DNA from: Paraspadella gotoi
Taxonomy: Eukaryota; Animalia; Chaetognatha
Length of the DNA: 64,000 bases
Assembly (NCBI GenBank): GCA_051294375.1
Contig: CM119263.1
Span: 19,020,625 to 19,084,624 of the forward strand
Reading direction: 5' to 3'
A model generated the notes under the pieces. It ran no database searches and was not told the origin of the DNA. It worked only from the letters and a program-made list of their open reading frames with translations. How positions within the stretch are numbered: position 1 is the stretch's first letter; each line of letters opens with the position of its first letter. Positions 14,124 through 27,469 of the stretch are shown here, in pieces. The translations under genes were made by a program, and so were the position numbers.

Positions 14124-14880
14124 TTACCTAGGTGAGTTTCCAATGCTTAGTTACAATCCCGGAAATGAAAAGAAGATCAACAAGGATTCCAGAAAGTTTT
14201 TTTTTTCTCTCTCATTTTTTTCAGGTTTTATTTGCTTATTTGCTCTTGTATTTTGTAAGAAGAGTCCCTTCACTAAGTGAAAAGCAAACGAACACCAAAT
14301 GTTTCCAATTTGTGATTTGGTCTGTTAGTTTGGAAAAAGAGGTCAAACCAACATATGGAATAAAAAGAAGAGGTATGTTAGTTTATATTTTATGCATTTA
14401 TAAATACAATAATGTAATTCCTTGAGCTAAGGGGAGAATAAAATGGAAAAGTCTAAGCTAACCAAACTTCATAAGACAACGTTATTAATCGTATTTTATA
14501 TAAATCTGACTTTTTTAAAAATTTTTCATGATTTATTGCACAAGGAATCCTGACCTATAGAAAGCGAAAAGTCTGCGAACGAACCCTTGCCAGATAAACC
14601 TCGCGCGGCGCATCGCCGCGTTCCGCGTAGGACTTGTGAGCGCCACCCTCGCCTTTCTCTCCTTGGGCCGTCGTCAGCGCCATATTTGCGTTTTTGCGTC
14701 CGCGTCGTCGGCGCTCTCGCGACTGTGTCTCGTTGGCGCCTCGCGCGCGCCACGTCTACTCGACGCATTATTTCCGGCCGATTCTTCCGCAAAAGTTTTT
14801 TCTCCGATAATCTTTTTTACTCTGTCTCTGTCTCCCAAATTCCAATTTTGCTGTTTAAATGCTAAGTTCTTATGCACACA

Positions 14881-14963
<83 letters not shown>

Positions 14964-14965
14964 TC

Positions 14966-15035
14966 TCCTTAGCAAAAAAACTATTGTATAATGGCGGATA
15001 CAGAAATAAAAAAAACATTTTTATCTCATTGAATA

Positions 15036-15123
<88 letters not shown>

Positions 15124-15195
15124 TAGCCAAAAAAAAAACTATGTGTAATAATGGCGGATACAGAAATAAAAAAAACATTTTATCTCATGAAATAA

Positions 15196-15200
<5 letters not shown>
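14966..15200 (+). repeat. Tandem duplication of a ~70-bp unit bounded by (CT)n tracts
   Basis: ccttagc(c)aaaaaaactat..taatggcggatacagaaataaaaaaaacatttt(t)atctcat at ~14967 and ~15121. Confidence 0.88.
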
Positions 15201-15261
<61 letters not shown>

Positions 15262-15282
15262 CTCTCTTCTCTCTCCTTCTCT

Positions 15283-15320
<38 letters not shown>

Positions 15321-17667
15321 ATTCATTTTGTGTCTTTTCGGTTGTTTTCCATAATTTTCAATTTTTCAATTTCATTTTTCATTGTTACTATTTTTTTCTT
15401 TCGAAAACAGATCCATAAAATTTCAAATTGGACTTGATAAAGTAATTACATTAAATTTAAAATTCTTTACATCTTTTACCTTTTTCCGAGAAGTCTTTTT
15501 TTCCTTTCTCTTTCCTTCTCTCGTTTATGCTCTTGTTTATTTTCTTTACTCGTCTAAAGTCACCTACGTTTTTTTTTCTTTCCTTTCCTCCCTTTCCTCC
15601 GATTCTCTTCCTCCTCCTCTCCTTTCCTCCTTTTCTCCTACTGATGGTCATCGGTTTTGCTCCTCGGAGGAAGAGAATCCTTTTGAGTCGGTGACCCCGA
15701 ATTCGGGTCAGCCTCACAATCACCTTCGGGTCAGAAAGGCTCCGTGGGGTGACGGATCGAGAGAGCGGGAGCCTCGGGTGAGTGGATTAGATTATCGAGG
15801 GATATCGGAGTTGCAGGAGATACGGCGGACTGGATAAGATGAGCCAAAACGACATGAAAGGTGCTATAGTGGATTAGACAATACAGAGAACTGCTCAGCC
15901 AGATGCAGACAGTATTTCCATGAAAATTTATTTATGTTTAAAATTTTAAAATGAAAAATAAGATCTTTTGGAATCGGAAGTTTCGGCGATTGATCGAAAC
16001 CAGCTCGGCAGGTGGCGCTAATCAAGACATAAGCTTCTTTTGACCAAGTAAGGATGGGTAAGTATGTGTGGAATGTACTCATGGGAGTGGAATGATATAC
16101 ATATTTATAATTGTAATACAAATTAAGACGAATGTTTACTTCTTAATTTTTTGGAATGAATCGATTTATTGCACGAATTTATTGTCCCTGGTGAGGTGGG
16201 TTCATAAGAAATGGGTAAGTTTCTTGCAAACAAGACTAGGGTGAGAGCCATCCCACTGGTTACGACTCTCAGCAGCAATCCGCGTTTACGTCTAACGACG
16301 CCGTTAACGTCGAGGAGACGAGAGACGAATAAGTGGGGAAAGGAGAGTTAAGAAAAGGTGAGGGAGCGTAATTGAAAGCGGGGGTAAGCTTGGATGCGTG
16401 AAATCGGCAACAATTAGAAGAGAACATTAAATATTGTAATAACGCATAAAGAATTAGGGTTAAGAACAATTCTGCCTTATATGAGAAAAGACGGGAAAGG
16501 CTAAGATAGACAAAGAAATGGGTCAGGAAAATACTGCGGAGGCGGAGAGAAGTAAGGAGAGGCGAGCGGAGGTAAGGAGCGATAAGGAGGAGGCCATAAC
16601 AGTTTTTGGAAAACGTTCCACCCGCAAATCGACCAATTTATTAGGGTCGAGATGTCCCGTTTTCCTTTTTTTTTTCGCGGAATCCGAGAAACGGAACATA
16701 ATCCCTTTTTTTTTTTTTGGTCTTAATATGATGAGGAGGAGGAAGAGAATCATGAAAATAGAAGGAGGAAATAGGAAAAGAAAGAAAAGGAAGAGAGTTA
16801 GGATGATAAAGATAGAGGGAAGGAAATAGGAAGAAGATAACTCAGATACTAGGAATAATAAATTCGCAGGAGCGAGGAAATAATAAAAAAGGGAGAGGGA
16901 GGGAAGACGAATATAAAAAAAAATTTGGAAGAGGAATTAGGAAACTAGTGGGAAAAGGGAGAGAGCAAGATTAAAAGTAACAAGGAAGAGAGTCTGAGAG
17001 GTGGTAGAGAAAAAGGGGTAAGAAAAGGAGAAAGAAATTGGCATCGAGTTGAATGTAGAGAGAGATCGAGGATATATAGAGGGCGACAGAGAGAGAAGGA
17101 GTGATATTTCGAAGGCGAAGGAGGAAAAGGAAAAAAAAAAAAGCATCGAAGAGACGAAGATTAGGGAAAAAAAAAGACATGAATTTTGGAAAAACGGAAG
17201 GAAGTTGCGGAGGAGGAAGAGGAGGAAGAGGAGGAAGAGGAAAGGAAAAACTGGAAGGAAGAGGAAAGGAAAGGATCGTTGGACGTGTTTGATGTCTAAT
17301 CTCACCATCACGACGGAGACTGAATCACGACTGAGACTGAATCACTTCCCGAAAAAAGCGCAGAGTCGGTGATTGAATCGATCCGAAACAGATTCGAAAA
17401 AAAAAAAAAAAAAACTCGGCTCGAAATAGATTTTCGCGGGAGAAGTCGATTCACCGGCCGGTGATGTCAAAGGGAATGGAAAAAAAATTAATTTTATGTT
17501 ATAAATCGCGTTTGTTAAATATTTATTATTTACATATATGATATTTTTGCTTTTCTTTTTCTCCTTCCTTTCCCTCTACCCTTTACCACCACCCTCAACC
17601 CTCAACCCACCTCCACCCTCAACAACCCTCAACCCCCCGCCCACCCCCATTCCCCTCCGATCTCCAG

Positions 17668-18325
17668 TGAAATACATCCACGACATTTGCGAGGAAAGCT
17701 TCTACATGTCGAAATTTCGCGGATACATCGTCTCTCCCGGGTTTCCCCTCAATTACCGAGCCCATCAAAACTGTCAGTGCAACATCTCCAGCAGCGATGG
17801 AGGAATCAAACTCAAGGTAAGTTGGGTTTTCTTACTTTTCTGCTTTCCTGGCAGGTAAGGAAAGGTTTTTGACAGTGAGTGCCTTCAAGCGCCCTGATTT
17901 GTTACTTTTTTTTTAACTTGGAATGAGTTAACTTAAAGGTTAATATTACTACATACTTTCGTTAAGTTTTTGAGGCTTTGTTGAAAGAAAAATTAATATT
18001 GGCGATGATAAGTTAAGATTTAACTCGTGAAACGGTTGAAACGGCGCAAATTCCGATGATATTGCACAATAATGATAATAGAAAAGACTCCATTTACAAA
18101 GGAGCGAACCGATCTTTCTCCCTCCTTTCCAGGCCATCGAATTCAGCCTGACCGAGCTGCACTGCAAAGTCGACTGGGTCGCCATCTTCACCAAAGTCGA
18201 GAAAAAAGAGAAAAAGTTTTGCGGAAAACAAAAGACGGGAGTTTTTTACTCGACGAAGGAAAGCGAAGTCACGGTGGCCTTTCGCTCCGGCATCGAAGCC
18301 AGAGGGTTTTGGATCGAGTACGAAG
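17668..18325 (+). CDS. CUB-domain protein, internal exons 17668-17816 and 18133-18325 (possible next exon from ~18715)
   Basis: ag|TGAAATAC..CTCAAG|gtaagt and ccag|GCCATC..TACGAAG|gtcagt splice in frame to KYIHDICEESFYMSKFRGYIVSPGFPLNYRAHQNCQCNISSSDGGIKLK|AIEFSLTELHCKVDWVAIFTKVEKKEKKFCGKQKTGVFYSTKESEVTVAFRSGIEARGFWIEYE. CUB hallmarks are present: G.I.SP.FP..Y, C..D.V, FCG, V.F.S, GF..EY. The domain is flanked by phase-1 introns. Confidence 0.88.
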
Positions 18326-18615
18326 GTCAGTTCCGAGTTCCCTTCGTGGGTAAGTTTCTCCCTTTTCGATTCTTTGAGTAAGTCTTTCCCGCTTTTTTTT
18401 TGTGTGATTTTGTTCGCTAATTCGAGTGGGAGTCCGTTTTTTCTGAATTTAACGTCGGCAATTTACTTTTGACGGGACGACGACGACAAATGAAAACGCG
18501 GCGCGATTTACATATCCGAGTACCGCAGACTTGACAAGGGTATTTTTCCAACTGTGCTGAGCTACCTGTCGAAAAAACCGCGGCCATCATCTTTTTTCTC
18601 TCTCTCTCGTCTCTC

Positions 18616-18649
<34 letters not shown>

Positions 18650-18893
18650 CTCTCTCTCACTCTCTCTCTCTCTCTCTCTCTCATCTTCTCTCTCATCCTT
18701 TCTCATTCTCTCAGCCGCTTTTCATTCCAACGAGCCAAACGCTTTACGATCCAACGCGGGACGGTGTGCATGTGAACTAAGTCCTCGCAAAACTGTTTTC
18801 CTCCAATTTTTGCCTTTAATCGAAATAAGTTTCTGCCGGGTTCTTTGCGTGACGCAGAGAGAGAAAGAGAGAAAGAGAGAGACGAGAGAGAGA

Positions 18894-18947
<54 letters not shown>

Positions 18948-20749
18948 AGGAGAGAAGGGGAAAGGAAATAGGCGGAGGAATCTGCAAAATATCTTTACGA
19001 CACTCGAGTAGTTTTTTGATACTCGAATTTATTCATAGGCTGAGATTTTATTCAGCTCCTGTAACGCTGCGCCGCTCCGCACTACGTTAGTGCACCCGGC
19101 GCAGCGTCGCCGCAACTACGCTGTTTTCACGATTTTTTTTCTTCCTGTTCACGTCGTGAAAAATATTCTCGTGGTCACAATGGCTCCTCACGATCACAAA
19201 CTCTCCCGTCTATTGTCCGCATAAAACGGAATGATATTTGCGCCAAAGAGTATTTCGCCAGCCAAGCGAACGGCGACCACCCCCCGCCCCCCAGCGAGAA
19301 GCGGACTCCACNNNNNNNNNNNNNNNNNNNNNNNNNNNNNNNNNNNNNNNNNNNNNNNNNNNNNNNNNNNNNNNNNNNNNNNNNNNNNNNNNNNNNNNNN
19401 NNNNNNNNNNNNNNNNNNNNNNNNNNNNNNNNNNNNNNNNNNNNNNNNNNNNNNNNNNNNNNNNNNNNNNNNNNNNNNNNNNNNNNNNNNNNNNNNNNNN
19501 NNNNACTTTGCTATTTTCAACGCCGGCGATCATTTGATGCGACCTTTCCGTGCGGAATCGGCTTACGATACGGTGGATCGTGAAGACTGAAGAGTATATG
19601 CTGTACGAAATTGATTATAAAACTTTCAACGTACATTTATGCTGTTGTGAAAAAACTATTAATCCCATGAAGCGAGGACTGATGTCGCTCGTCTTTTTTA
19701 TGATCAGAAGTTCTGTCGTCCTTATTCAATTCTCGTTACGAATAAATCTGTTGTTGTCTTTTGAAATGATTTTTGATCGAGATAGTAGATCGTTTCTAAA
19801 AGTGGAAAGACTCTCTTTCCAAAGACGCAAATCATTTCCTTCTTTTTTCATTCCCTTCTCGATTGAGATTACTTTTCGGTTTTCCTTGATGTCGTTGCCA
19901 TTTTCTTGGGCATTTGCCGGCCATTTCTTGGCAATTCCATGGCCATCTCTTGGCCGTTTTTGGGCCCTCTCTTAGCCAATAGAAATTTCCCTGCTTCTGT
20001 TAAAAAGAGGAAGCTAAAAGGGCGGGGGTCGATCGAACGGTAAGAGGAAAGGTAAAGACAAACTAAGACAGCTTAATAAAAGGCAGATATAGTATAGTCT
20101 TAACATAATCGAAACGACATTGTTGTCACAAAAGATTAACAAACATTGTTGTCATAAAACGAATCAAGACTTAAAAGAACTGCCCGCCCCATCCCGCCAC
20201 GACCCTCTCCCTTCGTTTCTTCCGCTCCCCCTTGCCCCACTTTCAAAACCCCAAGAAGGATCGGTTATGCTCATAGCCGAAAGGAAATCGCGGCCCAGGC
20301 CGTTTTTTTGGGCGTGACCCTTTAAAATGCGGCCGTTAGCAACCCTAAAGGTATCCATTTCGACGAGGCGGGTTCCCTGATGTTATCCTCCTCCCTTTCT
20401 TCCTCCCATCGTCCCCGTCGTCCTCTTAAAGAAAAGCGACAATTCGTCCTCAAAACAGCGACACATTTTTCCCCCCAATCCTTTTTTCTTTTTGGAGGGA
20501 AAGACAAAAACGACGACGATGATATGAACGAGAAACGATGACGAGTCCTAAAAGAAAAAAACGAAGATAACATTGATAATTGATTTCTCTAATTTACGAA
20601 TGTAAGCGACGAAGTAGTACGTACGTGACAAACAGTATAATTTGCTTAATGAGAAAAGACGAATTTNNNNNNNNNNNNNNNNNNNNNNNNNTTGCAATAA
20701 GTTACTTCGTAAGTTCGTCACGGATTCGCTGCAGTCTCTCTCTCTCTCT

Positions 20750-20814
<65 letters not shown>

Positions 20815-22536
20815 TTTGCGACGTTCTTAATGTATTAGTAGTAGAGGAGACAAAGAAAATTTCGTCTTTTCTCATTAAGCAAATTATACTGTTTGTCACG
20901 TACGTACTACTTCGTCGCTACATCGTAATTAGAGAAATCAATTATCAATGTATATCTTCGTTTTTTTCTTTTAGGACTCGTCATCGTTTCTCGTTCATAT
21001 CAGCGTCGTCGTTTTTGTCTTTCCCTCCAAAAAAAAAAAAGGATTGGGGGAAAATGTGTCGCTGTTTTGAGGACGAATTGTCGCTTTTCTTTAAGAGGAC
21101 GACGGGGACGATGGGAGGAAGAAAGGGAGGAGGATAACCATCGGGAACCGCCTCGTCGAAATGGATACCTTTAGGGTTGCTAACGGCCGCATTTTAAAGG
21201 GTCACGCCCAAAAAAACGGCCTGGGCCGCGATTTCCTTTCGGCTATGAGCATAACGATCCTTCTTGGGTTTTGAAAGTGGGGCAAGGGGGAGCGGAAGAA
21301 ACGAAGGGAGAGGGTGTGGCGGCGGGATGGGGCGGGCAGTCTTTTAAGTCTTGATTCGTTTTATGACAACAATGTTTGTTAATCTTTTGTGACAACAATG
21401 TTCGTTTCGATTATGTTAAGACTATACTATATCTGCCTTTTATTAAGCTGTCTTAGTTTGTCTTTACTTTCTCTTACCGTTCGATCGACCCCCGCCCTTT
21501 TAGCTTCCTCTTTTTAACAGAAGCAGGGAAATCATTGGCTAAGAGAGGGCCCAAAAACGCCAAGAGACGATGGCCATGGAATTGCCAAGAAATGGCCGGC
21601 AAATGCCCAAGAAAATGGCAACGAATCAAGGAAAACCGAAAAGTAATCTCAATCGAGAAGGGAATGAAAAAAGAAGGAAATGATTTGCGTCTTTGGAAAG
21701 AGAGTCTTCCACTTTTAGAACGATCTACTATCTCGATCAAAAATCATTTCAAAAGACAACAACAGATTTATCGTAACGAGAATTGAATAAGGACGACAGA
21801 ACTTCTGATCATAAAAAAGACGAGCGACATCAGTCCTCGCTTCATGGATTAATAGTTTTTTCACAACAGCATAAATGTACGTTGAAAGTTTTATAATCAT
21901 TTCGTACAGCATATCCTCTTCCGTCTTCACGATCCACCGTATCGTAAGCCGATTCCGCACGGAAAGGTCGCATCAATGATCGCCGGCGTTGAAATAGCAA
22001 GTCTAAAAAAAACCCAAAAAAAGGGAAATGAGAAGAATTTATTGTTTGAAAGAAAAAGGAAATAGAGTCCGCAACGGGGCGCCATTAATAAGCCGTTTCG
22101 CTCCCGAAACGCCATTCGTTCCAAACTCATTCGCCATTCGTTTCCGAACGCAGGAACCGCAGGACCGCCTCCGAGGTGGAGTCCGCTTCTCGCTGGGGCG
22201 GGGGGCGCGGGGGTGGCGCCGTTCGCTTGGTGGCGAAATACTCTTTGGCGCAAATATCTCCGTTTTATGGCGCAATAACGGGAGAGTTTGTGATCGTGAG
22301 GAGCCATTGTGACCACGAGAATATTTTTCACGACGTGAACAGGAAGAAAAAAAATCGTGAAAACAGCGTAGTTGCGGCGACGCTGCGCCGGGTGCACTAA
22401 CGTAGTGCGGAGCGGCGCAGCGTTACAGGAGCTGAATAAAATCTCAGCCTATGAATAAATTCGAGTATCAAAAAACTACTCGAGTGTCGTAAAGATATTT
22501 TGCAGATTCCTCCGCTATTTCCTTTCCCCTTCCTCT

Positions 22537-22629
<93 letters not shown>

Positions 22630-22767
22630 GCGTCACGCAAAGAACCGGCAGAAACTTATTTCGATTAAAGGCAAAAATTGGAGGAAAACAGTTTTGCGAG
22701 GACTAGTTCACATGCACACCGTCCCGCGTTGGATCGTAAAGCGCTGGCTCGTTGGAATGAAAAGGGC

Positions 22768-22847
<80 letters not shown>

Positions 22848-23101
22848 GAAAAACAGAGATGGCGCGGTTTTACGACAGGTAGCTCCAGCACAGTTGGAAA
22901 AATACCTTGTCAAGTCTGCGGTACTCGGATATGTAAATCGCGCCGCGTTTTCATTTGTCGTCGTTCGTCCCGTCAAAAGTAAATTGCCGACCGTTAATTC
23001 AGAAAAACGGACTCCCATCGAATTAGCGAACAAATCACACAAAAAAAGCGGGCAAAGAATCGAAAAGGGAGAAACTTACCCACGAGGGAATCGGAACTGA
23101 C

Positions 23102-23752
23102 CTTCGTACTCGATCCAAACCCTCTGGCTTCGATGCCGAGCGAAAGGCCACCGTGACTTCGCTTTCCTTCGTCGAGTAAAAAACTCCCGTCTTTTGTTTT
23201 CCGCAAAACTTTTTCTCTTTTTTCTCGACTTTTGGTGAAGATGGCGACCCAGTCGACTTTGCAGTGCAGCTCGGTCAGGCTGAATTCGATGGCCTGGAAA
23301 GGAGGGAGAAAGATCGGTTCGCTCCTTTGTAAATGGAGTCTTTTCTATTATCATTATTGTGCAATATAATCGGAATTTGCGCCGTTTCAACTTTCAGAGT
23401 TAAATCTTAACTTATCATCGCCAATATTAATTTTTTCTTTCAACAAAGCCTCAAAAACTTAACGAAAGTATGTAGTAATTATAAACCTTTAAGTTAACTC
23501 ATTCCAGTTAAAAAAAAGTAACAAATCAGGCGCTTGAAGGCACTCACTGTCAAAAACCTTTCCTTACCTGCCAGGAAGCAGAAAAGTAAGAAAACCCAAC
23601 TTACCTTGAGTTTGATTCCTCCATCGCTGCTGGAGATGTTGCACTGACAGTTTTGATGGGCTCGGTAATTGAGGGAAACCCGGGAGAGACGATGTATCCG
23701 CGAAATTTCGACATGTAGAAGCTTTCCTCGCAAATGTCGTGGATGTATTTCA
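23102..23752 (-). CDS. Mirror copy of the CUB exons (23752-23605, 23293-23102) with small frameshifting indels
   Basis: Reverse complement of 17668-18325 with the same splice sites. It lies in the right arm of the large palindrome. Confidence 0.75.
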
Positions 23753-26085
23753 CTGGAGATCGAGCGGGAATGGGGGTGGCGGGGGTTGAGGGTGTTGAGG
23801 TTGGAGTGGGTTGAGGGTTGAGAGGTGGGGTAAGGGTAGAGGGTGGGAAAGGAAGGGAAAAAAGAAAAGCAAAAATATCATATATGTAAATAATAAAAAT
23901 ATTTAACAAACGCGATTTATAACATAAAATTAATTTTTTTTCCAATTCCCTTTGACATCACCGGCCGCGTGAGAATCGACTTCTCCCGCGAAATCTATTT
24001 CGAGCCGAGTTTTTTTTTTTTTTTTTTCGAATCTGTTTCGGATCGATTCAATCACCGACTCTGCTCTTTTTTCGGGAAGTGATTCAGTCTCAGTCGTGAT
24101 TTATCTCCGTCGTGATGGTGAGATTAGACATCAAACACGTCCAACGATCCTTTCTTTTCCTCTTCCTTCCAGTTTTTCCTTTCCTCTTCCTCCCTTCCTC
24201 CTCTTCCTCCTCCGCAACTTCCTTCCGTTTTTCCAAAATTCATGTCTTTTTTTTTCCCTAATCTTCGTCTCTTCGATGCTTTTTTTTTTTTCCTTTTCCT
24301 CCTTCGCCTTCGAAAATATCACTCTTCTCTCTCTGTCGCCTCTTATATATCCTCGATCTCTCTCTACATTCAACTCGATGCCAATTTCTTTCTCCTTTTC
24401 TTACCCTTTTTCTCTACCACCTCTCAGACTCTCTTCCTTGTTACTTTTAATCTTGCTCTCTCCCTTTTCCACTAGTTTCCTAATTCCTCTTCCAAATTTT
24501 TTTTTATATTCGTCTTCCCTCCCTCTCCCTTTTTTATTATTTCCTCGCTCCTGCGAATTTATTATTCCTAGTATCTGAGTTTCTTCTTCCTATTTCCTTC
24601 CCTCTATTTTATCATCCTAACTCTCTTCCTTTTCTTTCTTTTCCTATTCCTCCTTCTATTTTCATGATTCTCTTCCTCCTCCTCATCATATTAGACCAAA
24701 AAAAAAAAAGGATTATGTTCCGTTTCTCGGATTCCGCGAAAAAAAAAAAGGAAAACGGGACATCTCGACCCTAATAAAATGGTCGATTTGCGGGTGGAAC
24801 GTTTTTCAAAAAACTGTTATGGCCTCCTCCTTATCGCTCCTTACCTCGCTCGCCTCTCCTTACTTCTCTCCGCTCCGCAGTATTTTCCTGACCCATTTCT
24901 TTGTCTATCTTAGCCTTTCCGTCTTTTCTCATATAAGGCAGAATTGTTCTTAACCCTAATTCTTTATTGCGTTATTACAATATTAATGTTCTCTTCTAAT
25001 TGTTGCCGATATTCACGCATCCAAGCTTACCCCGCTTTCAATTACGCTCCCTCACTTTTCTTAACTCTCCTTTCCCCACTTATTGTCTCTCGTCTCCTCG
25101 ACGTTAACGGCGTCGTTAGACGTAAACGCGGATTGCTGCTGAGAGTCGTAACCAGTGGGATGGCTCTCACCCTAGTCTTGTTTGCAAAACTTACCCATTT
25201 CTTATGAACCCACCTCACCAGGGACAATAAATTCGTGCAATAAATCGATTCATTCCAAAATTAAGAAGTAACATTCGTCTTTAATTTGTATTACAATTAT
25301 AAAATTGTATATCATTCCACTCCCATGAGTACATTCCACACATACTTACCCATCCTTACTTGGTCAAAAGAGCTTATGTCTTGATTAGCGCCACCTGCCG
25401 AGCTGGTTTCGATCAATCGCCGAAAACTTCCGATTCCAAAAGATCTTATTTTTCATTTTAAAAATTTTAAACATAAATAAATTTTCATGGAAATACTGTC
25501 TGCATCTGGCTGAGCAGTTCTCTGTATTGTCTAATCCACCTATAGCACCTTTCATGTCGTTTTGGCTCATCTTATCCAGTCCGCCGTATCTCTGCAACTC
25601 CGATCCCTCGATAATCTAATCCACTGCACCCGAGGCTCCCGCTCTCTCGATCCGTCACCCCACGGAGCCTTTCTTGACCCGAAGGTGATTGTGAGGCTGA
25701 CCCGAATTCGGGGTCACCGACTCAAAAGGATTCTCTTCCTCCGAGGAGCAAAACCGATGACCATCAGTAGGAGAAAAGGAGGAAAGGAGAGGAGGGAGAA
25801 GAGAATGCGAGGAAAGGGAGAAAGGAAAGAAAAAAAAACGTAGGTGACTTTAGACGAGTAAAGAAAATAACAAGAGCATAAACGAGAGAAGGAAAGAGAA
25901 AGGAAAAAAAGAACTTCTCGGAAAAAGGTAAAAGATGTAAAGAATTTTAAATTTAATGTAATTACTTTTATCAGTCCAATTTGAAATTTTATGGATCTGT
26001 TTTCGAAAGAAAAAAATAGTAACAATGAAAAATGAAATTGAAAAATTGAAAATTATGGAAAACAACGAAAAGACACAAAATGAAT

Positions 26086-26142
<57 letters not shown>

Positions 26143-26342
26143 TCTCTCTCTTCTCTCTCTCTCTCTCCTCTCTTCTCTCTCCCCAAGTTATGAAAATCGA
26201 TGTAATATCGGGAAATAATGATTTCAGTTCGCAGAATGTAATTTTCGTCAGACTTAGAGGCGTGTAAATGGAAAAGTCGGCGTCATCACAGAAAGAAACC
26301 AACTATAAAATAGTATAAAATACCTGGAAAAAGAGAAAAAAG

Positions 26343-26384
<42 letters not shown>

Positions 26385-27437
26385 AGAGAGATAGAGAAGA
26401 GAGAAAGGGGGGATGAGACGGAAGAAAAAAAATGGCGGCAAGACCGACTCGGGGCTTGAAAAGAGATGGGAGCGAGAAGGCCTGACTGAAAAAAAAAGAA
26501 AAACATATGCTTCGAACAAACTGATCGTAAAGGGACGGCGAATATTGTGGGTCTGAATATGCAAACAAGTTGGAAACGAGTATGAGACGTAAGGAAAAGG
26601 AAAAAGTGGGAGAGAGAAAGGATTAAAGAGTGGAGGGGAAAAAAAGATGAGAAATATAAAAGTGGGAAAATGAATGGTAAGGGAGGAAAGGGATGTAGGA
26701 ACTCGAAAGAAAGGGAAGGTGCGAAGGTAAAGAAATTCAGAAACGAAGGATCTAGGAGAAAGAGAAGAGGAAATACATAAGGACTCTCTGCAATTTGGAA
26801 CGAACAAACAAAAAAGATTGAGAATGAGAAAATAAAAAAGTAAAAACGTAGGTTTTATAATAAAAGAAAGATAGTGTACAGTAGCATCCGTCTAGAACTT
26901 TCGGACGGCAGCTCTCTAACTCGTTTATTTGTTAATGGGCAAAATTGTTTTAATGACTCAGTACCACTATATACTATACAGCATAGTATTTAGTCTTAAA
27001 TTAAAATAACGCATTTCCACAGTCAAATATCTTCTTTTTTCGTCGCAATGTGAGCTAAAAGTCCAACGAACTCCAAGATGAAGCCATGTCATCCGTTTGG
27101 CGCATTCTCTTCCTCCGCGCTGTCTCTCGCGACCCAGCTTGCGATTCGCCTCGATGTTCTCATGTTTAGCCATACGTCGCGAAGTCGTTCGCGACGGTGT
27201 GGCGCTGCAGTCGCCGTTGTTTCAGCGCCCTCGCTTCGGTCACGATTCGCGAGAGATGTTGCTCCCTAAGGTCGCGAGTTTCGAACCTCAGCTGCGATCG
27301 CGATTTCAGCTTTACGCGCCTTCGTTCAGAGAATTCTCCACCTCGACTCAGAAGGTCGCGTGGATTTATCGAGGTCGGTCGCCATATCGGTTCCATCATT
27401 TCATTCGTGTTGCGGTGATGGATGTTGATCGTTGTTG

Positions 27438-27469
<32 letters not shown>

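Noticed and set aside
23102-23752. A second, paralogous CUB gene
   Set aside because: Introns and flanks are near-identical to the first copy and differ by indel-type errors, so it is better explained as an allelic or assembly duplicate.
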